Shown here: in pieces, positions 1 to 6,825 of the stretch
How positions within the stretch are numbered: the stretch's first letter is position 1
How the letters are laid out: each line of letters starts with the position of its first letter
Virus record (IMG/VR): IMGVR_UViG_3300020576_001727
Location: 39,062-103,061 of that record
Reading direction: 5' to 3' (one strand)
Length of the DNA: 64,000 nt
Source of the DNA: a virus
Lineage: Duplodnaviria; Heunggongvirae; Uroviricota; Caudoviricetes
Translations under genes and position numbers: made by a program
The notes under the pieces: model-generated
What the model was told of the DNA's origin: nothing
Database searches by the model: none
What the model saw: the letters and a program-made list of their open reading frames with translations, nothing else

Positions 1-1
1 A

Positions 2-514
2 TACCGAAGAAGACCTAATGATTTCAAGAGACGGATTCTATCTCGAATTTATACTAATAGAAAAGAGCTTTTTGACGAAGAACAAAAGTGGTTCGATTTA
101 GTAAAGAAAAAATCACGATATTATAATTTGTCATTTAGTGTTAAATGTCATTGGTCTAATAACGAAGAAACTAAGTTAACAGTAGGACAAAAAATATCGA
201 AAAGTCTTACTGGCGTTCCTCTCTCGCAGGAAAGATTGGAAAAAAGAAAAAATTTGATTTTTTCTGAAAAACATAGAGAAAATCTATCAAAAGCCGGAAT
301 AGGAAGAATTTTCGATAAAGAAACTCGTGAAAAAATTGCCAGAGCTAATAGAAAAACATATCATTATATAAATCCAACGGGGGAAGTAATCAAAGTCGAT
401 AATATTCAAAAATTTTGTCGAGAAAATGGATTGCATGAATCTCCAATGAGAAATTTATATAATGGAAAATATATGAATGATACATATAAAGGATGGAAAG
501 CTTTCCATCATTAA
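2..514 (+). CDS. GIY-YIG (Seg-like) homing endonuclease, truncated by the left window edge
   Basis: The frame is open from base 2 (YRRRPNDFKRRILSRIYTNRKELFDEEQKWFDLVKKKSRYYNL), the typical end of a GIY-YIG catalytic domain. NUMOD3-like repeats (SEKHRENLSKA, KETREKIARA) and a NUMOD1-like tail follow. The ORF-track start at 128 is internal. Confidence 0.8.
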   Translation, partial: YRRRPNDFKRRILSRIYTNRKELFDEEQKWFDLVKKKSRYYNLSFSVKCHWSNNEETKLTVGQKISKSLTGVPLSQERLEKRKNLIFSEKHRENLSKAGIGRIFDKETREKIARANRKTYHYINPTGEVIKVDNIQKFCRENGLHESPMRNLYNGKYMNDTYKGWKAFHH

Positions 515-568
515 CCCTTGGGCAGAGTGCAGTAGGCACAACGAAGTCCCATAACGAAAGAGAAAAAC

Positions 569-1342
569 ATGAATAATTTACCTAACCCGTTCCCGGGTCC
601 AATTTCCTTTGCGCAAATGACAACAACTCTCCAAATCGCGCCGGGAACACAATCTCCCAAACAATTCAAAGCCAAGAAAGCCGGAACCAAAGGATGCTTG
701 CTCTTCCTCGTGGTTGACGAATCCGGTTCAATGTCAGACCTGACAAAAGATACCATTGGCGGAATCAATACGCTGATCGAGGATCAAGCCAAGGATTCAA
801 TTCAGACCAATCTAACCATTGTCAAGTTCGAAGGCGGTCGTATCAACATTCCTGTCGATAATGTGAACGTGAAGGAAATTCATAATTTCTCGGATTATCG
901 TCCTCTTGGAATGACCAATCTTCTAGACGCGGTGGGGGAAACCATCACCAAAATCAATGGAATATTGTCTTCCAAGAAAAAGGAAGATCGTCCTTCCGTT
1001 ATCGTTCAGATCATTACGGACGGCGGGGAGAACGCTTCGCGCAAGTTCTCACGTCAACAAATCAAGGATATGGTCAAGGCTTGTGAAGCCGCTGACTGGA
1101 TCATTGGTTATGTCGGTGCCAATGTTGATGCGTTTACCGAATCCGCTGGATTGGGTGTATCTGGATTCGCAGCAAGTGGATATAATGCAGGATCGACCGA
1201 AAGCATGTATGTTGCTGTTAGTTCAGCCGCAAACAGAATGAAGTCAATGCGCGGTATGGGAATGAACTATGCAGATATTCAGGCGTCTGTCGGATCATTG
1301 TATAACGAAAAAGAAGTCGCAACAATGAATGGAGACAAATAA
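569..1342 (+). CDS. von Willebrand factor A (vWA) domain protein
   Basis: Intact MIDAS motif: VVDESGSM, GMTNLLDA, ITDGGEN. Confidence 0.85.
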   Translation: MNNLPNPFPGPISFAQMTTTLQIAPGTQSPKQFKAKKAGTKGCLLFLVVDESGSMSDLTKDTIGGINTLIEDQAKDSIQTNLTIVKFEGGRINIPVDNVNVKEIHNFSDYRPLGMTNLLDAVGETITKINGILSSKKKEDRPSVIVQIITDGGENASRKFSRQQIKDMVKACEAADWIIGYVGANVDAFTESAGLGVSGFAASGYNAGSTESMYVAVSSAANRMKSMRGMGMNYADIQASVGSLYNEKEVATMNGDK

Positions 1343-2172
1343 TGTCAGATGTAAGTGTTTACCTATCCGAGACAAACAAGCCTCTTAAAGAATATCGTGA
1401 TGAATATGGTAATTCATTTGTTGAGGGGAGAAAAAAATCTGCTTTTTATTTGAAGATTCGAAATACTGAAACATGGAACAACCGCAAACAGAAAGCCATT
1501 ATCTCTATTGATGGTCTTTCGGTTATTGATGGAAAGCCAGCAAGTGATAAGTCTTCCGGTTATGTTATCAATTGTAACGATGAAATAACGATCAAAGGTT
1601 GGAGAACCGGAATCAACACTGTCAATGAATTTTTCTTTGATAAAATGGACAATTCCTATTCTAGATCAATGGGTTATGGTAAGCAGAATGTCGGGGTTAT
1701 CGGAGTCATGTTCTTTAGAGAATATGACGATGATCGTTCGCGCGGAATTGGATGGATCAATAATTCCTTGAACATTTCAAACGAACCTATCTGGAATGGA
1801 GTTCCTACAGTCGGAACCGGATTACCGATTGCGACAAATCAGGTTAGAACGGCTGTTAATGCCAAAGAAGATGCCAGAAAATATGTTGGTTATTCTGCTT
1901 TTGGCACAAATTACACAGAAACCCAAGCTTCCGGTTTGGGAACTGGTTTCGGTTCGGAAATCAATTCACCTTCGATCAAAGTTGGAGATATCAAGTTTGA
2001 AGAAACTCCATTCAAGATCATTACAATTTATTATGATGATAGAGCGGGATTAGAGAAAAGAGGAATTGTGTTGGATAGAAGATCAAATCTTCCTAACCCT
2101 TTTCCACAATATCAATATGATGACGGATTTGCAAAATATCCTCCTGTGAAAACAACAAATTATAGAGGATGA
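1342..2172 (+). CDS. Hypothetical protein, translationally coupled to the vWA gene
   Basis: 276-aa ORF with a TAATG stop/start overlap and C-terminal PNPFP...GFAKYPP. Confidence 0.75.
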   Translation: MSDVSVYLSETNKPLKEYRDEYGNSFVEGRKKSAFYLKIRNTETWNNRKQKAIISIDGLSVIDGKPASDKSSGYVINCNDEITIKGWRTGINTVNEFFFDKMDNSYSRSMGYGKQNVGVIGVMFFREYDDDRSRGIGWINNSLNISNEPIWNGVPTVGTGLPIATNQVRTAVNAKEDARKYVGYSAFGTNYTETQASGLGTGFGSEINSPSIKVGDIKFEETPFKIITIYYDDRAGLEKRGIVLDRRSNLPNPFPQYQYDDGFAKYPPVKTTNYRG

Positions 2173-2176
2173 AAAT

Positions 2177-2410
2177 ATGGAAGAAAATACTTGGAATGAA
2201 AAGTTTGAAACAGATGCGGCTTCACAAGTGATTGGTCAATGGAAGCCAACTGATTATGATATTCGAATTCAAAGTTTGAGTTATGCTGGCAATTTTATTC
2301 AAGAAAATGAACCAAGAAAATTGGAAACATTTCTCAAAGCCGCAAAAGAGATTGAAAACTATTTGAAAAAAGGTGATATCAAGGTCGTTTACGAAAAAGG
2401 CGCACTCTGA
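2177..2410 (+). CDS. Hypothetical protein
   Basis: 77-aa ORF with an upstream GAGGA Shine-Dalgarno. Confidence 0.6.
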   Translation: MEENTWNEKFETDAASQVIGQWKPTDYDIRIQSLSYAGNFIQENEPRKLETFLKAAKEIENYLKKGDIKVVYEKGAL

Positions 2411-2433
2411 AATTGATAATTTGATGAAATGAT

Positions 2434-2473
2434 AAAGGACAGACTTGACAAGAGTCTGTCCTTTTGCTATATG
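2434..2473 (+). promoter_or_regulatory. Early sigma70-type promoter nested in a terminator-like hairpin
   Basis: TTGACA (2445-2450), N17, TATATG (2468-2473). Inverted repeat AAAGGACAGACT (2434-2445) / AGTCTGTCCTTT (2453-2464). Confidence 0.8.
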
Positions 2474-2502
2474 TGTTTTGTATCGTTATGGAGAAATTCG
2501 CT

Positions 2503-2808
2503 ATGGAAAACCAGATTTCTGAATTCCTCGTCGCTCTTGACGCGATGAAGAAGGCTTATAACGCCAAGATGGGCTATGCCGAAGAGACTCATGGAGTGAC
2601 CTTCCGCGCCGAAATGGGCAAGAAGTATGCTCGTATTGTCGAGTGTCGCGGCAAGGAACTGTATGGTTCCGCTTTCTGCTTTGTCGATCTTGCAACGGGT
2701 GACATTCTGAAGTCGGCAAGTTGGAAGGCACCTGCCAAGGGTGTTCGCGGCAATATCCGGAATGGCGCGGCTGATGTCGGTCCTTACGGCGCGCGTTATC
2801 TTCGATAA
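2503..2808 (+). CDS. Small phage protein (KYARIV...FVDLATGDILKSASWKAPAKGVRGNI type)
   Basis: GGAGA Shine-Dalgarno before ATG 2503. The motif resembles a widespread early phage protein of unknown function. Confidence 0.75.
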   Translation: MENQISEFLVALDAMKKAYNAKMGYAEETHGVTFRAEMGKKYARIVECRGKELYGSAFCFVDLATGDILKSASWKAPAKGVRGNIRNGAADVGPYGARYLR

Positions 2809-2813
2809 AAAAT

Positions 2814-2853
2814 AAAAGGCGGGGTTGACAAAATCCCGCCTTTTAGCTATATT
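2814..2853 (+). promoter_or_regulatory. Early promoter nested in an intrinsic terminator
   Basis: AAAAGGCGGG (2814-2823) / CCCGCCTTTT (2835-2844) stem with TTGACA (2825-2830) in the loop, N17, TATATT (2848-2853). Confidence 0.85.
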
Positions 2854-2882
2854 CACCATAGATGCTAATGGAGATAGCAATG
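2846..2882 (+). repeat. 37-bp direct repeat, copy 1 (-10 box, leader, SD and ATG)
   Basis: GCTATATTCACCATAGATGCTAATGGAGATAGCAATG is identical to 3296-3332. Confidence 0.95.
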
Positions 2883-3092
2883 CTTCGATTTTCGGAAAAT
2901 ATTCGTGGCGAGGAAGTTTTTCGGCTTCGTCCTGAAATGTTCGCACAGTCCAAGCCTTTCAGTGCATCCATTTTCAACGGCAAGGGCGAACTCTTTTTTA
3001 AGAAGATTGATGGAAAGTGGCATGAAAGTATCATGTCAGTTGACCGTTGTTTTGGGATTATGAGGTCCAAGTGGCGTCTCTTGAATATTTAA
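2880..3092 (+). CDS. Hypothetical protein
   Basis: Starts at the ATG of the repeated leader with a GGAG SD. 70 aa. Confidence 0.6.
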   Translation: MLRFSENIRGEEVFRLRPEMFAQSKPFSASIFNGKGELFFKKIDGKWHESIMSVDRCFGIMRSKWRLLNI

Positions 3093-3100
3093 GACAAGAA

Positions 3101-3274
3101 ATGTTAGAAGCTAGAAGGCGGGCGGACGATAAAAGTTTGCCCGCTTTCGTTCGTCATAAGTCTGATGCTATGTTCTGGCATTTGGTCAAAAGAGTCGGAA
3201 CCTTAGAAAGGGGCGGAATGACCGAAGAACCAGATATAAAATATGCAAATTTAATCGGATATCGTGAATTATAG
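3101..3274 (+). CDS. Hypothetical protein
   Basis: 57 aa, fills the gap before the next promoter. The start site is uncertain. Confidence 0.5.
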   Translation: MLEARRRADDKSLPAFVRHKSDAMFWHLVKRVGTLERGGMTEEPDIKYANLIGYREL

Positions 3275-3275
3275 C

Positions 3276-3303
3276 TTGACATTGGTTTCCTTTTTGCTAT
3301 ATT
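3276..3303 (+). promoter_or_regulatory. Early sigma70-type promoter
   Basis: TTGACA (3276-3281), N16, TATATT (3298-3303). Confidence 0.75.
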
Positions 3304-3332
3304 CACCATAGATGCTAATGGAGATAGCAATG
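3296..3332 (+). repeat. 37-bp direct repeat, copy 2
   Basis: Identical to 2846-2882, 450 bp downstream. Confidence 0.95.
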
Positions 3333-3854
3333 TTTACGGAAGCACCCAAGCCTACCGAAGAACAGCTTGCCCAAATTGCCGCTTTGAAGGCGGAAGCCAA
3401 GCGGAAGCGGGAAGCCAAGGAAGAGTCTTTCCAGCGTTGTGATACCGATGGTTTCCTTTCGCAGTGGGCACATGGAATTGGTGCCGAACAGGACGAAAAG
3501 ACCATCAAGATTCTGGAAAACGGCGGTTGCGCACAGTTCCCGGTTCTCTGTGATGCGGACGGCAATGTCCTTGCCCACAAAGTCTATAAGTTCGCAGATA
3601 TCCATCGTCCTGATCAGTGGAACGCGCCGATGAAGAAGATGTGGCGCATTCCCGACGATAAGCTTGCGAAGTATGGTCGCAAGTGGGTGCCGGTTGGGTA
3701 TGGAAGCCGGATTCAGAAAAAGCTAGGGTTGCACGAAGAGAGCCGGTGGTTCCCGGCTGTTGCCAAGCTGACGACTGGCGGGCGGAAGGCAACCGGGCTT
3801 TCGGGTTGCGCCAACGCTTTCGTCGCGGTGTTCAAGAAGGGTGAAGAGGAATAA
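3330..3854 (+). CDS. Phage hypothetical protein (SFQRCDTDGFLSQWA motif)
   Basis: Starts at the repeated leader ATG. 174 aa. Confidence 0.75.
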   Translation: MFTEAPKPTEEQLAQIAALKAEAKRKREAKEESFQRCDTDGFLSQWAHGIGAEQDEKTIKILENGGCAQFPVLCDADGNVLAHKVYKFADIHRPDQWNAPMKKMWRIPDDKLAKYGRKWVPVGYGSRIQKKLGLHEESRWFPAVAKLTTGGRKATGLSGCANAFVAVFKKGEEE

Positions 3855-3858
3855 AATC

Positions 3859-4116
3859 ATGATCAAAGTGTTTATAGTATTTGAGGTCGAAGAAGGAACG
3901 CGAAACATTGTCGGCGTTCCCTATGGCACCTTTGCCAATTTCGACGCTTCCGAAAATTTCGTGAAAGATATGTATACCAAATTTTATAATCGGTATATGA
4001 TGATTTCCGAATCTCCCGCTTGGGATACTTGGCCATTTAAGATTGAAGATTCTCTTGCCAATCCGCCGAAGTTGACATATTATCATCAGATTGATGGAAA
4101 GATGGAAAGGCTTTGA
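3859..4116 (+). CDS. Hypothetical protein
   Basis: GAGGA SD before ATG 3859. Confidence 0.6.
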   Translation: MIKVFIVFEVEEGTRNIVGVPYGTFANFDASENFVKDMYTKFYNRYMMISESPAWDTWPFKIEDSLANPPKLTYYHQIDGKMERL

Positions 4117-4118
4117 TC

Positions 4119-4409
4119 ATGAATCTCAAGGAATTTTTCATTCCTACCAAATCAGAAACTCGCTATCCTGCGGTTATGGTTGACTGCATAGTTTTTCATG
4201 ATATGCATATGCATTACGACGCTTTGGAAAAGGCGTTCAGACATTTCACAAGTTCGTTTCTGGAAAGGAATACTTTCGCCAATAAGATCGATTCGGGTGA
4301 AATTCCTGTTGAATTTGGCTATCTCGTCAACAACGAAACTTTTGAGGTTTTTGACGAAAAGAAAAGTGCATATCGTCGGAAGAATTATGTTGAAATGTGC
4401 GTATTCTAG
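4119..4409 (+). CDS. Hypothetical protein
   Basis: 96-aa ORF in the tightly packed early operon. Confidence 0.55.
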   Translation: MNLKEFFIPTKSETRYPAVMVDCIVFHDMHMHYDALEKAFRHFTSSFLERNTFANKIDSGEIPVEFGYLVNNETFEVFDEKKSAYRRKNYVEMCVF

Positions 4410-4449
4410 GAGATAAAAATAGGCACGAAGCCGTCAAAGGATATTTAAT

Positions 4450-4644
4450 ATGGCGACAGTTATTGGATTTGATCAAAAGCGTCTCAAACAAGCTACATGC
4501 AAGAATTGTAACGCAATCAACACATATCACGAAGGCGAGGTTCGACTTCTATGGTCCGGAACGGATTATGGAGGCGGTCCCGATGGTGCCAAGGGATTTT
4601 CATGTGCCAATTGCGGCAGTGATGTAATTACGGAAAGATGGTGA
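4450..4644 (+). CDS. Small zinc-ribbon protein
   Basis: Two CxxC motifs (CKNC, CANC) and an AAGGA SD. Confidence 0.7.
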   Translation: MATVIGFDQKRLKQATCKNCNAINTYHEGEVRLLWSGTDYGGGPDGAKGFSCANCGSDVITERW

Positions 4645-4645
4645 T

Positions 4646-4843
4646 ATGAAAATACCGTATAATTGGGATAAATTTGTCGAGTATATTGAAGCTCAAAAAG
4701 ATTTCATCAAGCGCAATCCCTCTATCGAAGGCGGAAATATCGTCTTTGACACTGGCGTTGACGGAAAGCATTGCTTTTGGTCCTATGAACCACCCGACGA
4801 AATTTCTATCGGAACGACCAAATATAGAAAAGTTGAAGAATGA
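4646..4843 (+). CDS. Hypothetical protein
   Basis: 65 aa, packed between neighbouring ORFs. Confidence 0.55.
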   Translation: MKIPYNWDKFVEYIEAQKDFIKRNPSIEGGNIVFDTGVDGKHCFWSYEPPDEISIGTTKYRKVEE

Positions 4844-5070
4844 GTCGTATTGCATCAAAAGAAACTCGAATGCGATTGCAGGAACAATTGAACGTGCCGG
4901 GAGTTTTCGTGGCGCGTCGTTTGGTTAAAAACGGCATGGGATACGATGATGATATGTTGGAAGTCCGAATGCCGTTGGGAAATCCAATTCCTCTTGATCA
5001 ACGCATTGATTCTTTTGAAAAATTCATTGTAGTTTACGTTAATGAATATACAGATAGGATTTTATCATGA
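4840..5070 (+). CDS. Hypothetical protein
   Basis: ATGA overlaps at both ends. Confidence 0.6.
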   Translation: MSRIASKETRMRLQEQLNVPGVFVARRLVKNGMGYDDDMLEVRMPLGNPIPLDQRIDSFEKFIVVYVNEYTDRILS

Positions 5071-5438
5071 AATTTGGTCTTGATACTGAAAAGATAATCA
5101 CACATTTGATGTTAAAGCAAAAACACGAATTAATTGATAAATTGGCGCAGACGAATAAGGAAGGAAATGTCCGAACCGACAGATTTGAAGCCAAGGTAAC
5201 GATCAATGATATTGAAATCGATTTTAATATTTTTGAATTATGGATGATGGATGTTTATGATAAAACAATTCAAGAAGCAAAAAACGAATTCAAAGACCTT
5301 GATGCGGAAGTCGGAAGACGCCTCGAAAAGCGTTTGAAGGAAGAAGCGAAGCCGCTTATTGACAAGATGGATGATTTGCGCTATAAATTGGAAGATATAG
5401 AAAGCGTGTTGATTCCTTATTGGGAGAGAAAGAAGTGA
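5067..5438 (+). CDS. Hypothetical protein with a C-terminal coiled coil
   Basis: 123 aa, ATGA overlap with the upstream gene. Confidence 0.65.
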   Translation: MKFGLDTEKIITHLMLKQKHELIDKLAQTNKEGNVRTDRFEAKVTINDIEIDFNIFELWMMDVYDKTIQEAKNEFKDLDAEVGRRLEKRLKEEAKPLIDKMDDLRYKLEDIESVLIPYWERKK

Positions 5439-5662
5439 AACAAGGTTCGATTCTAAAGGTGATCAAGCCCTTTATAATGAAGACTCCGGGGACTCGCGGT
5501 AAGGCGGTTAACGCCAAACTTGATGAAAAATTCATCGTCACAAGTCCCATGCATATGAACATACAGACGGTCAAGATTGATCGTTTGGGAAAGGCTCATA
5601 TCAATATCGGCTATAATTTCCCGATGAAAAATCTTCCCGAATATTTCTCGATTGTGGAGTGA
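5435..5662 (+). CDS. Hypothetical protein
   Basis: GTGA overlap start (MKQGSILKVIK...). Confidence 0.55.
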   Translation: MKQGSILKVIKPFIMKTPGTRGKAVNAKLDEKFIVTSPMHMNIQTVKIDRLGKAHINIGYNFPMKNLPEYFSIVE

Positions 5663-5666
5663 AAAA

Positions 5667-5876
5667 ATGAACTACCTTCCTAGCGGTTGGACCGAAGGAT
5701 ATCCGGGTGGAATTGCAACCAATCCAGACCCGATTCAGGGTGGAATCGTTGACAAGGAAATTGTCAGCGGCAAGTGGTTTCTGATCTTCAATCATCCGGA
5801 TAAGATCGCGGTTGATGGATATGCAACTCGCGCCGATGCTTTCAAGGATTGGTATGACGAAATTCATGGGAAGTGA
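5667..5876 (+). CDS. Hypothetical protein
   Basis: GGAG SD before ATG 5667. 69 aa. Confidence 0.65.
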   Translation: MNYLPSGWTEGYPGGIATNPDPIQGGIVDKEIVSGKWFLIFNHPDKIAVDGYATRADAFKDWYDEIHGK

Positions 5877-6055
5877 AAATGACTCCGATTCGATTTAAGG
5901 CATGGTCCAAGGTTGTGCAGGAAGATGATTTTGATGAAGAGAGCGAAGTCATCGTTAAAGTCATCATCGATTATAGAATTGAAGAAGTTCAGGAAACCAA
6001 GCCAACATTTGAATCCGAGTTGGCGGAACTGAAAAAGAAATATAACGTCGAATAA
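5873..6055 (+). CDS. Hypothetical protein ending FESELAELKKKY
   Basis: GTGA overlap. The C-terminus is shared with the next gene. Confidence 0.65.
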   Translation: MKMTPIRFKAWSKVVQEDDFDEESEVIVKVIIDYRIEEVQETKPTFESELAELKKKYNVE

Positions 6056-6079
6056 ACCACAAAATAGAAGGAATATATT

Positions 6080-6634
6080 ATGAGTCTAGATAAGATTTTT
6101 AATTCATATATTGATCATATTGCGTCACTGGCTGAACTTCATCCTATCGAAAATTTGAAGGTCGGACAGATTTACAGATATGGGGAAATGACAACAGAGA
6201 TACTTGCTATCAATGATGATGGCACCGTCAAAGTTCGCATGAACAATTGCATGGGTCTTCCGAATGGATTTGAACTCAATACATCGCATGGCATTTCCAC
6301 CGAATGGAAGCTGGATGATACAGGTTCGAACTTCCCCGATGTATTTGAGGAAGATCGTCCGAAGGAAGAATCGCCATTTGTTCCGGAATCTGTCAAGACA
6401 GAAACCGAAACATTCTATATCATTTCGGAAGACGATCCAACGCTTTTTGATGCTATCGATATCTTTAATGAAGGTGATGAATATGAAAGCGAGAAATCCG
6501 CTTTCCGTGATAAGCAGGACACTGAAAATGTCTATAAGGTGACTTTGACCGCGACTATCGGAGAAGTGTTTGAAGAAATGCCTTCATTCGAATCCGAGTT
6601 GGCGGAACTGAAAAAGAAGTATGGAAAAAAATGA
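6080..6634 (+). CDS. Acidic hypothetical protein ending FESELAELKKKY
   Basis: AAGGA SD. 184 aa. Confidence 0.7.
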   Translation: MSLDKIFNSYIDHIASLAELHPIENLKVGQIYRYGEMTTEILAINDDGTVKVRMNNCMGLPNGFELNTSHGISTEWKLDDTGSNFPDVFEEDRPKEESPFVPESVKTETETFYIISEDDPTLFDAIDIFNEGDEYESEKSAFRDKQDTENVYKVTLTATIGEVFEEMPSFESELAELKKKYGKK

Positions 6635-6825
6635 TTGAACCAAAAGACGTAAAGAAAGGCGAAAGATATATCGATAATAACAACAATGTTATCGAAGTAA
6701 TCGGCGCTGGAAGCGACTCAATCTGCTTTGTGTGGGTGGCAGTCCCTTTTGATATGTTCTTGCAAGGCTGGACCAGTTACGTTCCATTTCTTGATGATAA
6801 CTGGTCCAAACTAGAAAAGCCTTAG
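6631..6825 (+). CDS. Hypothetical protein
   Basis: ATGA overlap. Its stop overlaps the convergent tape-measure stop. Confidence 0.6.
   Translation: MIEPKDVKKGERYIDNNNNVIEVIGAGSDSICFVWVAVPFDMFLQGWTSYVPFLDDNWSKLEKP

Noticed and set aside
3118-3150. 10-bp hairpin GCGGGCGGAC/GTTTGCCCGC near the start of the 3101 ORF
   Set aside because: The U-tract is weak and interrupted and the stem lies in coding sequence. It cannot be distinguished from chance without RNA data.
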